The notes under the pieces were generated by a model. The model was not told where the DNA came from and searched no databases. It saw only the letters and a list, made by a program, of their open reading frames with translations. This document shows, piece by piece, positions 27,015 through 39,603 of a DNA stretch of 64,000 nt. A program made the position numbers and the translations under genes. Numbering within the stretch: the first letter of the stretch is position 1; each line of letters starts with the position of its first letter. Origin of the DNA: Felis catus (lineage: Eukaryota). The stretch spans positions 123,630,001 to 123,694,000 of the forward strand of contig NC_058368.1 in assembly GCF_018350175.1 (NCBI RefSeq), read 5' to 3'.

Positions 27015-28263
27015 AGATACATTATTCATTGTGAACAATGAATTTAGGAAAAGCTTTTTGAAGTGAAGACATTCCTTTCCACTGTATACTTCTCTTCAAC
27101 TAGAATCTTTTGTACTCTAGAAATGTTCCATCCGCCTTCAAACTTACAGCTCCTTGCTGTTAAGCCTTTTCAGCTTTTAATCGCATGCCACTTTTATCAC
27201 ATTAGTCTTCCTGTTACACAAACTATTATTTTAAACTCTTTAGGATCAGGCATTTCATTTTAGCTTTCTTGTACTCTCCTCTATCCCAAGTGATCTCTTT
27301 ATAAAATAGATACCTAGTATTTATTGAACAAGTGTGTGAGTGGAAACTTCTTGGCTTAACAGAGTAGTATGTTTAGTTCACAGTTTTACAACACTCTTTC
27401 TAGCTTTCTTTGAACTAACATAATGGGGCCCTGGGCTGCGGTGGAGCACAGCAGCTGTGTTCTTGGTGGACGTGTAGTGTACCATGCTCTGATCCACCAT
27501 GAAGGTACTGCTCAAGATGAGGAAACTGAGAAACCAAAAGCGTTAGTAACTTCTACAAGGATACCCATGATCCTGGCATGTTCATCTCTCCCTGGGACCA
27601 TTGCATCAGCTCCCTACCTTCTTAAATTTACTTTCTCTGTTTCCACCAGAGAGTCACCCTTAGCAATTCCACAACACAAAAACAAAGAGACTTGAGCTTG
27701 GTTGAATAATGACTGGAAAACGTCCACAAAGAAAATGGTGCGAAGCCACAGAGAGTGGTGTTACTTGAGCGACTCTGACATAAAGGAAAAAGGCCTTAGT
27801 GTCTGGCTAAGGGACTGACTAAATAATCTTGTTGTGAAAACTCAACAGTACGTGGAAAAATGGTCACACAAGAGCATTAAATGTAAAAAGTTGGATCTGA
27901 AATTGATGTGGACTATGATTATAATTTAGCAAAAATAAAAACATATACCAAAAAGACAAAAAGGGAAACCTTAAGTGGTTGTTTGGGCAATGAGATTATA
28001 GCAGTGTTTTTTCCTTCCTGTTTTTTGCTCCCTAATTGTCTGTAATGTGCTTCTATAACATTTTATAATGAAAGAAAACTACAAAGAGTTAACAATTTAG
28101 GCAAGGAAAAAAAAGTCTTTTTATGGCCTCCTACTGACGGAAGGATAAATTTCACATCCCTTAACCCTGCCTAAGAAGATAAAAATCTGATCCCTCAGCT
28201 GTCATCATTTTAAGTGCTCACACCGGACCAAGTTTTCCTGCTTCTAGGAATTGAGACTCCAAG

Positions 28264-28501
28264 GTGAGGTAGTACAAGTATGTTCTTGTAGCATTGTCTG
28301 AAAAAGCAAATTGTCCAGTAACCACATTTTAAAAAGTGAAATTAATTCTAATAATATTTTATTTAACTCAGTATATCCAAAGTACATTTCAGTAAAATGT
28401 ATTGAGGAAAAAAATCTTTAATAGGGGACTGTCTTCTACTAACTGGTAAGCTTTATATGCCTCTGAGTACTTATCAGTCTTCTCTTTTAGGTCATCCTAA
28501 A
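28264..28501 (-). repeat. Right arm of ~240-bp inverted repeat
   Basis: Reverse complement of 26775-27014 by manual alignment. Confidence 0.95.
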
Positions 28502-28806
28502 GAGGACATCCTCTTTCAAAGACACTGTAGAAAACAACTTTTTTTAATATAATAGACCTGATGAGTTATGCTAGTATAGCTATGCTAGTTATGCAGAAAA
28601 TTGTCTAGCATAGAAAGCATTCTTTTTATCCTCATAGCATTATGACAACACATTTGTTCATAACAGTGTAGATAACCATTAAGAGATTGGATTCTCAAGG
28701 CTGGCAGAGTGGTTTTGAATGCCATCTTTATTAATCACTAGCTCTGTGATTTTGACCAAATTACTTAGTAATCTCTGTCTCAGATTTTTATCTTTGTAAA
28801 ATTCAT

Positions 28807-29036
28807 TTTTTTTTTTTAATTTTTTTTTTCAACTTTTTTTATTTTATTTTTGGGACAGAGAGAGACAGAGCATGAACGGGGGAGGGGCAGAGAGAGAGGG
28901 AGACACAGAATCGGAAACAGGCTCCAGGCTCCGAGCCATCAGCCCAGAGCCCGACGCGGGGCTCGAACTCACGGACCGCGAGATCGTGACCTGGCTGAAG
29001 TCGGACGCTTAACCGACTGCGCCACCCAGGCGCCCC
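28807..29036 (-). mobile_element. Young Can-SINE inserted into a MIR-like relic
   Basis: CpG-intact consensus-like body; TSD TAAAATTCAT at 28797 and 29037. Confidence 0.93.
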
Positions 29037-29104
29037 TAAAATTCATATTTAATATTAGTTACCTACCCTATATATTGCTATAAGAATTAAATGAAGTAAT
29101 GTAG

Positions 29105-29518
29105 CAGCACCTGGGTGGCTCAGTCAGTTAAGTGTCCAACTCTTGATTTCAGCTCAGATCATGATCTCATGGTTTGTGGGATCGAACCCTCCATGAGGCT
29201 CTGTGCTGACAGTGCAGAGCCTGCTTGAGATTCTCTCTCTCCCTCTCTCTCTGCCCCTCCTCCACTTGGCGCTCACTCTCTCTCTCAAATAAACATTTTT
29301 AAAAAAATAAAAATTCGGGGCACCTGGGTGGCTCAGTCAGTTAAGCTTCCAACTTCAGCTCAGGTCATGATCTCTCTCGGTCTAGGAGTTCAAGCCCTGC
29401 GTCAGGTTCTGTGCTGACAGCTCAGAGCCTGGAGCCTGCTTCATATTCTGTGTCTCCCTCTCTCTGCCCCTCACCTCAAAATAATAAATAAACATTAAAA
29501 ATTTTTAAAAATAAATAA
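29105..29518 (+). mobile_element. Two tandem Can-SINEs
   Basis: Heads at ~29107 and ~29317, each with a CT tract and A tail. Confidence 0.9.
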
Positions 29519-30508
29519 TGTAAAGCACTGAAAATAGGGTACATAGTTAGCTGTCAGTAAATATCCATTACTGACCACTGTTTTGCCTTTATCATTTCTG
29601 CTCCTCAACTGAGTCTTAATAAATCGCCAAAATTCCAGAATCTTTGAATTTTAACTTCTATTCCCTAAAATTTCCTTTTTGCCAGTCTTTTTCTGAACTT
29701 GAAGCCCTAACCTTGGAATCCAGTGTTGTCTTGTTCTTGTACTATGATATTCTTGTCACAGTTTGAAAGTATGTAATATTTACTGATAAATAGAATTTTA
29801 AAACTCATCCACTCTGAAGGATGACCTAAAAATACATTTTCCTTTTAAAATATAGAATAAAGACCTGTTCTCTTTGCTAAAGCCATTTCCAGCTTTGGCA
29901 GTTTTATGATAGAATTAGAAGGCAAAGAGAAAGGAACACCTTTCAGGACACATCATGGGGGAAATATTAGTAGCCAAGAAATAAGATTCATATATCTCCT
30001 CTTTGCTCTTCTCTAAGCTACCCCCTCATTTTCTAAGGATGAAAAGCTGGAGCTGATGCTGCTTTAGAAGCATGATTAATGGTCAAATCTTATCTTGGGA
30101 AAGCCTATTCTAATTTACCACTGACTTTTTCTACCTCCAGCAGGTTACCTTATCTAGCTGCTGGCTGTCCAACTCTCCTTCTAGACTTTCCTCCTTGCTC
30201 TTTATTTAAGCAAGAATCATACTCTGTTCCCCAACTTCTTAAACTTTATCAACTCCTATATCTCCCTAAGTTGCCTTACATTTTTCAAATGGATGTTTTA
30301 TATTTCCATATTTTTAACATTTCTACAAGTATTTAATAACTACAGATGTATTATTTCCTGTTTTCTAATATCCTAGGTAAGTATCTAAGAAGTTCCAGGT
30401 ATCCTTGTAAGGTATCATTATGAAAGATTTTTTATTTCATTACATGAGTAAATTTCATTTTACTTTGTTTACTTTATTGAACTTTCTTTATACTTTCATA
30501 TGCCTTAG

Positions 30509-30672
30509 ATTGCAATAGATATTAAATCTGCAAAGCGAGAACTAAAGAAAGCAAGAACTGTCCTACAAATGGATGAGCTCAAATGCCGCAAACGTGTTTT
30601 AAGGAGGTTGGGATTTGCTACTTCTTCTGATGTCATAGAGATGAAAGGACGAGTGGCTTGTGAGATAAGCAG
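30509..30672 (+). CDS. MTREX: MTREX coding exon [54 protein letters not shown](S)
   Basis: ccttAG acceptor, AG|GTAAAA donor; 164 nt, phase 0-2; contains the Ski2/Mtr4 motifs RVLRRLG and KGRVACEI. Confidence 0.97.
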
Positions 30673-30739
30673 GTAAAACCTGGTTGTTCTAGAAAACTGA
30701 TTTTAAAATGAGATAGTGTGTGTTTTTTTTTTTTATGGG

Positions 30740-31650
30740 CACTTTTTTTTGTTGTTTTTAATGTTTATTTTTGAGAGAGAGAGAGAGAGAGACAGAGTGC
30801 GAGTGGGGGAGGATCAGAGAGAGAGGGAGACACGGAATCCGAAGCAGGCTCCAGGCTCCAAGCTGTCAGCATAGAGCCCGTCTCGGGGCTCAAACCCACA
30901 AAATGTGAGATAATGACCTGAGCTGAAGTTGGACTCTTAACCGACTGAGCCACCCAGGCACCTTAAATGGGCACTTTTTTTTTTTAAGTTCATTTATTTA
31001 TTTTGAGAGAGAGAGGGAGGGAGAAATCTTAAGCAGGCTCTGTGCTGGCAAAGCATGCAGAGCCTGACATGGGGCTCAAACTCACAAGTTGTGAGATTGT
31101 GACCTGAGCCGAAACCAAGAGTCGGATACATTAACCAACTGAACAACCCAGGCGCCCCAGTAAATGCAGTTTTTGATGATGAAATTGAGAAATTAGAAAA
31201 GAATTAAATTAGAGAAATTAGAAAAAGAATTTTAAAAATCTCATGGGGTGCCTGGGTGGCTCAGTCAGTTAAGTGTCCAATTATTGATTTCGACGCAGGT
31301 CATGATCTCATGGTTCCACACTGATAGTGTGGAGCCTGCTTGGGATTCTCTTTCTCCCTCTTTCCTGTCCCTCCCCTGCTCATGCTCGCTCGCTCGTTCT
31401 CTCTCTCTCTCTCTCACTCTAAATAAATAAACATTAAAAAATTTTCTTCCACCTACTAATTAAAAAAATTTTTTTTAATGTTTATTTTTGAGAGACAGAG
31501 CAGGAGCAGAGAGAGAGGGAGGCAGAGAATCCCAAGCAGGCTCCAGGCCCAAGCTTTCAGCACAAAGCCTGACTTGCGGCTTGAACGCACGAACTGTGAG
31601 ATCATGACCTGAGCTGAAGTCACTCAACTAACTCAGCCACCCAGGCGCCC
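30740..31650. mobile_element. Cluster of four Can-SINEs (- 30740-30962, - 30975-31158, + 31244-31440, - 31468-31650)
   Basis: Recognisable SINE bodies directly downstream of an MTREX exon. Confidence 0.9.
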
Positions 31651-31959
31651 CTCATTCCACTATTTGATACAAATGCAACTGGCATATTGATGTAATCCTT
31701 TTTTTCTTTTTGTTAATGCATTCTGGATTTTTACATAATTCTAATCTTAGTTTATACACAGTTTTGTGTACTGAATTCTTACTTACAATTATGGACATAT
31801 TCCCACCTTAAACTTTAGTGTAATAACCATTTGCTTTTTATATATATTAAAGTTGTTATTAAAGTTTGGGGCTAACAATTAGGGAATTACAGCAAAGCAT
31901 ATTATAGGCCACAGCATAAAACTGGATATAAGATATTATCTATCTTGGTGATCTTTTAC

Positions 31960-32090
31960 CATATTACAAATGACCTTAAAACTAAATGACTTGAAACTAT
32001 AGCAGTCATTTCATTGTCTCTGGTGGTTTCTGTGTGTCAGAAACTCAGGAAGGGCCTATTGAACGGTTCTGGTTCAAGGTCTCTATGTGA
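31960..32090. mobile_element. MaLR (MLT1-like) LTR fragment
   Basis: AAAACT...GACTTGAAAC...CATTT...TTTCTGTG.GTCAG.AACTCAGG resembles MLT1 LTRs, from recall. Confidence 0.45.
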
Positions 32091-32370
32091 TTTCCATTAG
32101 CCTGAAGATACATCTTGTTTTGTCCATGGTTTAACAACCATTATTCTCAATGAGTTCATAAAAAATGTTTTTGAAACAGTTACTTGTATATTCACCGTGG
32201 CTCTAATGGATGGAGCTGGAGAATTATAGGCCTTGTATATGCTTTCAGACATTTCTGGGGCGGGCCTATTCATACTACTCTTATTGATCATTTAGTTCGG
32301 ATGTTAAGAACTGGTGTCTACAGGAGCCAGCCAGGAGGAGACTGTGGTAAACCAGAACAATTCTTGGCCA

Positions 32371-32384
32371 CCAAAAGGGGGCAG
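32371..32384 (+). promoter_or_regulatory. Candidate CTCF motif CCAAAAGGGGGCAG
   Basis: 12/14 match to CCASYAGRKGGCRS; binding is not shown. Confidence 0.4.
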
Positions 32385-35300
32385 CAACAACCCAGCCCCA
32401 AATAGTTGTTATTACGGAATAATGTGTTATCAGATTTTTCAATTTAGAAAAGCCAAAAATCCAGATTTTTAGGTGAAATGAAATCCCTTTTTTTTTTAAG
32501 TGTTCACAAGCTAATTCAGAATTTTTTAGTCACTGTCTGGGCCAAATATATCATTTGTTCAAGTTAGATATGGCATGTCAGCATCTAGTTTTCCTTAAAC
32601 CTACTTTCCTACTTTGTCATTAAAGAATTGTAGGCACCTTAAGGTTAATAATTTACCCAGGAATAAAGCTTCACCGCAACACTGATCTACTAATTCATAT
32701 GCCAAAAATAATGTTATTGGAATTATTTCTTTGTAATATTATATAGAATCTAACAACATAGAAATTAATTTCTCTTAAGTATCTATAGCTGGATTTAGTC
32801 TTGGGAGAATGGTATTGGTTATATTCTAAAACAGACTAGGTAGAGAGATAGAAGTAACACTATCACATATGAAAGTATGTTACCTTTCCCCCTGTATTTG
32901 CTTCTCCCTCTGGTTTCTGTCTTGCTGAATAAGACCCAGCCTCTGAAGAGAAAACTTGGGAGTCATTCTAGATTACTCTTCCTTCTCTCTCTCTTCCCAT
33001 CTTCCTGTTTCCTCCACATCTGTGCCCCTTTAACTGTTCCCACTGACTACTAGTGGGCCTTCATTATTTCTTGCTAGGGTACTACAGAAGCCCTCATTTT
33101 TGTTGCTTCCTATCTTGAGTGTCTATAACCCATCCTTTATACTGCTTTCAGAGTATTCTTTCCAAAGCACAAATCCTATCATGTCAATCTTTTGATAAAA
33201 GCCTGTCAGTTATTCCCTAATGCTTTTAGAATAAATTCCATAATTTAGTGTTGTTGCCCTTCCTCTGTAGCCATATCCCACGTATTTCTTTCTCTTAGCA
33301 TGACCTTTTCCCTCGCTCCCACCTCAAATCCTGCTCATTCCTGCATATTTTTCCTAGATGTTATGAAACTTGCTATGAATGTCTCCAGTCTTATATTGAG
33401 TTTCTCAATTTTCTTTTTACATAATTGCCTATATAACCTGTTAGATCACTCTCCTATGATCTAGTAATCTTTCCTGTCTGCTTTTGTAGGGTGTATATAG
33501 TTAACATGTAGTTCCTTAAGTTGTCTTGCCTTATTTGTACTGTCCTCTTTGTTTGACTTAACTCTCCTTTTACCATCAGAAGGCCAAATTTAGTTTTTAA
33601 CTTTATTTTTGAATAGTTAAAATTATTTATAAAGATTGATAATTAGAGACTTTATCCTTTTTTAGAAGTCAAAGTAAAGTTTGTTTTTTTAAATAGAGTT
33701 GAATACCCAGCGTGTCTGGATGGCTCAGTCATTAAGCATCCCCCTTTTGCTCAGGTCACCACATCAGGCCCTGTGCTGACAGCTTAGACTGGAGCCTGCC
33801 TAAGACTCTGTGTCTCCCTCTATGTCTTATCCTCCCCTGCTTGCCCTCTGTCTCACTCTCTCTGAGAAATGAATAAACATTAAAAAAAATTTTTTTTTAA
33901 TAAAAATAGAGTTAACACCCTCATGATTACTGTTTTATAAATGTAAGAGACTTTATGGAACCTTGATTACAGAATTCTAGAAACACTGTCTTTGTAGTCT
34001 TTTGTAGCTTCCATTGAACACAGTTAAAAATTTATAATTTTTTGTTTTCTACCCATGATGGCAAGGAGAAAAAAAAGAAAGATATTTTCCAATTATTAGA
34101 CAAATCATAAGACACAGTGATGATAGTGAAATCATATAAGCAAAATCTTAAGACTATAGGTAAATTCTCAAACTGAAGAATCAATAAGGGAATAATAGAT
34201 CTCTAAGGACAGAAAGAAAAAGTTACGATTCCTATTTTACTTTTCTTTCGGTTCAAGAAGGAGTTATGTAATGTTTTGTGCTAAGAACTTGGATCATCCC
34301 ATTCTACTAGAAGGATTTATAACTGTCTTTCATCTTTTATGATTTGCTTGCTAAATTGTGTTTGATACGGTTTTTAAATGGTCAAATACTGAAAACAGTG
34401 GTAAATATAAGGAAATTATCAAGAAAAAGTTGGAGAGAGAAAAAAAAATTGGTTGGATTGATTATTCTAATCTTTTTTTTTTTTTTTTAAACTGTTATTT
34501 ATTTGGAGAGAGGGAGACACAGAATCCAAAGCAGGCTCCAGGCTCCAAGCTGTCAGCACAGAGCCCAACACGGACCATGAGATCCTGACCTGAGCTGAAG
34601 TTGGACATTTACCTGATGAGCCACTCAGGCACCCCGATTATTCTAATCTGTATAATATAAACCTGAATATGAAAATGTTGTACAATAATTACGCAGCAAA
34701 GAGGATGGCTTTCCTCTCTTCAACAGAACTACAAGTTGTCAAAATTTTTAAAAATAGTGTATTTTCATGATTCAAAAGAGGAACCAAAAATAATAAGCTA
34801 GAACCTTTAAAGGAGATGTATTTAAAATCTGCTGTCAGTAGTATATTTTGATAATATTAAGTGCAGGAAAAAAACCAGACGTGATGATGAGCTAGTACCT
34901 CTTGGGGATGTATTTGAAATTTGGAATTGCGGGGCACCTGGGTGGCTCAGTTGGTTAAGTGGCTGACTTCGGCTCAGGTCATGATCTCACTGTCCATGAG
35001 TTTGAGCCCCATGTCGGGCTCTGTGCTGACAGCTCAGAGCCTGGAGCCTGTTTCAGATTCTATGTCTCCCTCTCTCTGACCCTCTCCCATTCATGGTCTG
35101 TCTCTCTCTGTCTCAAAAACAAACATTAAAAAAAAAAAAAATTTAGAATTGCGTATACTACATGGATATAGTCCAGATTTGTGGATGATAGTTGATGAAC
35201 AGCAATTTGTAGCATTTAAAGACCATTGCCCATCTGGGTTATACACATTCTCAACATTGGGAGACTGTGGAATAAAATGTGTGGCTACTATGGGTACATT

Positions 35301-35769
35301 TTAATTAAGATTTCTAATGAAGTTGTTTTTCATTATCCTTTTTGTTATAAATTATTTGTTAAATAACTTAAAAACAATTAAATGGAACCCTGGACCCAGA
35401 GGAAAAATGGTGATGACACTTTTTCCTGGTATGCTGAGAGTTAAGAAATAAAATTATTTCAGTAAATGTTTGCATTTTGGTGTTTGCTAGAATGTTATTT
35501 TTACATGAAATTCCCATTTTACATTTATTAGTGATGTGTTGATAAATATAAAGACCTGCCATTTTCTTAAATAAATCCTTGTCATCCTCGTTGATTACTC
35601 ATCATGGTCAAATAATAGGCTTTATTTAAAAACTTGTTACATTTTGGGGCACCTGGCTCAGTTGGTTAAGCCTCTGACTCTAGATACTGGCTCTGGGCAT
35701 GAGCTCATGGTTCATGAAATTGAGCCCTGTGTCAGGCTCTGGGCTGATAGCTCGGAGCCTGCTTGGGAT

Positions 35770-35961
35770 TCTCTCCCTCTCTCTCTCTCTCTGCCTCTCC
35801 CTCTCTCTCTGCCTCTCCCTCTCTCTCTCTCTCTGCCTCTCCCTCTCTCCCTCTCCCCCTCTCCCCCTCTCCCCCTCTCCCCCTCTCCCCATCTCCCCCT
35901 CTCCCTCTCCCCCTCTCCCCATCTCCCCCTCTCCCTCTCCCCTTCTCTCCCTCTCTCTCTC
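35770..35961. repeat. Expanded CT-rich polypyrimidine repeat in a SINE tail
   Basis: (CT)n, CTGCCTCTCC and CCCCCTCT units over ~190 bp. Confidence 0.95.
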
Positions 35962-36067
35962 AAATATTTTAAGAAAACAACTTGTTACATTTTAACATGT
36001 ATGTTAACATATGTGTGTTTTTATGTTATGACATTTGAAATTTATTCTCTTTTTTGTGGTGATCTAG

Positions 36068-36173
36068 TGCTGATGAACTCCTTCTAACTGAGATGATGTT
36101 TAATGGCCTTTTCAATGACCTGTCTGCAGAACAGGCAACGGCACTACTAAGCTGCTTCGTGTTTCAAGAGAAT
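36068..36173 (+). CDS. MTREX: MTREX coding exon (S)[35 protein letters not shown]
   Basis: gatctAG acceptor, AAT|GTGAGT donor; 106 nt, phase 2-0; start of the DSHCT/ratchet domain. Confidence 0.97.
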
Positions 36174-38727
36174 GTGAGTTAATAGATTTAATATACCTTA
36201 TTTATTAATTCATATATCCTGTAACTTAGTGGTTATGGATATTTTTAATTATGAAACTATTTCCTGTTTACATGTGGGCAATGTTAATTAGAAATCAACA
36301 CTACTTGTGGAGCCTGGGTGCCTGGGTCCGCTAAGCGTCCAACTTCAGCTCAGGTCATGCTGTCACAGTTTGTGTCTTTGAGCCCTGAATCAGGCTCTCT
36401 GCTGTCAGCGCAGAGCCCATTTCAGATCCTCTGTCCCCCTCTCTCTCTCTCTTTGCCCCTCCATTGCTCATTCTCTTTCCCTCTCTTTCAAAAATAAACA
36501 TTAAAAGGAAAAAAAAGAATTTAATTAAAAAAAAAATTGCTACTCCAACACAAATATAGTAAGAGAAGTAGTAAATAATTAAATATGATTATCAGAAAGG
36601 AGAGTGAAATAGGATTTTATTTCTAGATAGTCATTAATCACATTCCAAGTTTTAAATTTGTTCTGTAACACTCAGTGCATTATTTGAAGTCTGGTCTAGT
36701 CAGATAGTCCTGGAAAGAAAGACGAATGAATGAAAATAAAGGGAGGCAAAAGAGTGAAAATGAAAGGGGAGGTTAAATTAATATCTCTCCTTCCAGTAAT
36801 GGAGAACAACTTTGAAATAGCTGATCCTCCTAGAGGCTAAAATCTTCATAGGCAATGTTTGAGGTGGTGGCTCTAGGATTCTGATTGCTGGTTTAGCAAG
36901 AGCTCCCTTTCAGCAGCTCTTAAAAATCAAAAACAAGTGCTAGATGGCATACCACAAGAACATGAACTAGTCTTGTACTTTATTCCAAAAGCCGATATGA
37001 TTTGGGTTTTGGTTTTGTTTTAATTTTTTTTATGTTTATTTTTGAGAGAGAGAGTGAGATAGAGACAGAGACAGAGTGCAAGCGGGGGAGGGGCAGAGAG
37101 AAAGGGAGACACAGAATCCAAAGCAGCCAACAGGCTTTGAGCTGTCAGCACAGAGCCCGACGCTGGGCTTGAACCTGTGAACCACGAGATCATGACCTGA
37201 GCTGAAGTTGGACGCTTAACTGACTGAGCCACCCAGGCGCCAACCTCCCCCCTCCCCGTATGATTTGTTTTAAAAAGTAAAATGCATGTTTTACATTTCA
37301 AACTTTATTCATGGTGGATGAAGTGGACAAAATAAGACAAAGACATTTGCCTCCTAAGAATAATTTAATATTGATATCTAAATTTTTAGAAGACCTTTTA
37401 CTATATACATTTAGTGCAACTTTCAAGTAAACTGTAGAAGACAATTTTTTTTTCCCTTCTGCCATTGATCTGTTAATTATTTCCTTGTTATGCAGATCAA
37501 ATACATTACTTATTGACTTAAGTAGGTGCTTTTCTCTCAGCTCCCTAATTATTGATGAGAATTACAGCTGATACGGCAATGATTACAAATAGGACAAAAA
37601 TCCAGAAACAGTTTATCTCCTCTGAGAGTGTCCAGTATTCACCTGTGAAGTAATTTGCATATGAGGAACACATTACTTTACAAAATATTATGTTTTACTC
37701 TCTTTTTACATTACATTAATTTCAAAGACAATTGTTAAAAGTATTTGTCAAATTCTCTTTGAAAAGACCTAAGTTAGGACCTGGATTGCTGCCCTTCTGC
37801 CTGTGTCCAACTTTGTCTTAGAGCTGATATTTTGCACTTGCTTTTTTTTTTTCTAATGTGGCACTATAAAAGTACTGTTTTCTGAGAGCCCAAGTATGTT
37901 TCCTCTTCAAAGGAGTTGGGCTTAAACTAAACCATAATTCTTAATTTGGGGAGAAGATGTCACTATATGTGGTTAATTAAGATTTGTTCAGTGAAACCAC
38001 ACTGTATTATATGTAGTATCAGTTGTTGTGGTGGTGCCTTTCAATATGAAAATGAAAAATTATGCTAAAAGTCACATAGAATTGTTATAAATATGAACAA
38101 GTCTGCTTAATATGCTCACTTTTTAGAAATGTGTTCTAAAACTGTGTCCCTACATTTTTTATATTAAAAGTAATTTAAAGACTAAATACAATCTTTATAA
38201 TATAAATATCAACCGACTCTAAATATGTATTAAGCATCCCCTGTATGCAGTGCCCAGACCTAGGCATTAAGGTGCAGCAGTAATTTTTGCTTTCCTGATA
38301 CTTATATGCTAGTAGATGAAGGTAAAGAAGAAAAAAAATACACACAGATTATGTCAAATGGTGATGAAGGTTTTGGAGGAAAGTGAAGCAGAGGAGGCAG
38401 ACAGAAATCATGGGGATAGGATTACTCTTTTAAACAAGGTGATTAGTAAAGGCCTCACCAGTGGAGTGAAATTTGAATTGAGACTTCAAAGAGAGGTGAA
38501 GGAATAAATTGTGCATATATTTTATGGGAGAGCATTGGTGAAATGACACTTAGCTTGCTTATGTCAGGACCAGTGCCTTCTATTTATAATGACCAGAGTG
38601 GAAATGATCAATAACTGTTAATCAGTCATGAATGGACACAATATCAAAGATGGTAAGCAGTGTTGAGTTCACTATTAAACTGACATGTTGAGTTCTTTTT
38701 GGCCATTTTGTTTTCTCATCATTCATC

Positions 38728-39118
38728 TTTTTTTTCTTTTTAAGTTTATTTATTTATTTTGAGAGAGAGAGAGAGAGAGAGAACATGCAAGCAGGTAAGG
38801 AGCAGAGAGAATCCCAATTAGGCTCCATTCTTTCAGCGCTGAGTCAGAAGTGGGGCTCAATCCCATGAACCATGAGATCATGACCTGAGCCAGAACCAAG
38901 AGTCAGATGTTTAACTGACTGAACCAACCAGGTGCCCCTTCATTCATCATTATTTTTTTTATAAATTTATTTAATTTTTGAGAGGGGGAGAGAGAGAATC
39001 TCAAGCAGGCTCCACACCGCCAGTGCCAAGCCTGATGCAGGGGTTTTAACTCGCAAACCATGAGATATGACCTAAGCCAAAGTCGGACGCTTATCCAATT
39101 GAGCCACTCAGGCACCCC
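38728..39118 (-). mobile_element. Two tandem Can-SINEs
   Basis: Two reverse-complement bodies, each followed by a ttcatcatt-like target sequence. Confidence 0.87.
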
Positions 39119-39603
39119 ATTCATCATTTTTTTATTTGGACAGGAATAATATATACAATCTAGTTTATGATTTATCACTTAATACATATGACATGCAAAA
39201 CAAAACCAGTGCTATGTAAATACTGGTGCTTAAAGTAAAGGCATAGCTATTACAAGAGCTTTTTTAAAAAATTTACATATAATTTAAATCCAGGGTAGAT
39301 ATATACATATGTCACACATACATATATACCATTCTTATAATGATTTTATTTTTGTTGTGGCTGCCTTTATCACATTTTGTTCACAAATAATGTCTTTATT
39401 GTAATCACAAGTTTATAGGTTTTCAGGATCTGACCTTTTATTTCTCTCTGACAGGGTAGAAAACCAACACACAGAATTCAAACCACTTGTCTAAGTTCAT
39501 TTGCCCAGTTGGTAATAGGCCTGAAAACTCCTATTATCCTAACTGAAAACAAGTGATGAACTTTTCATCAGTGGGAAGGCAATCTTAAGAACACTACAAC
39601 TCA

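Larger units (their letters stand above)
33710..37241. mobile_element. Six Can-SINEs (+ 33710-33890, - 34472-34635, + 34931-35141, + 35646-35978, + 36308-36535, - 37020-37241)
   Basis: Recognisable SINE bodies; boundaries approximate. Confidence 0.88.

Noticed and set aside
27423..27695. 90-aa ORF inside the inverted-repeat spacer as a transposase or cargo gene
   Set aside because: No recognisable domain, too short and includes MIR-like sequence; nothing supports a composite transposon
35644..36087. Several overlapping ORFs rich in SP/L or ER/G
   Set aside because: Translations of a CT microsatellite within a SINE
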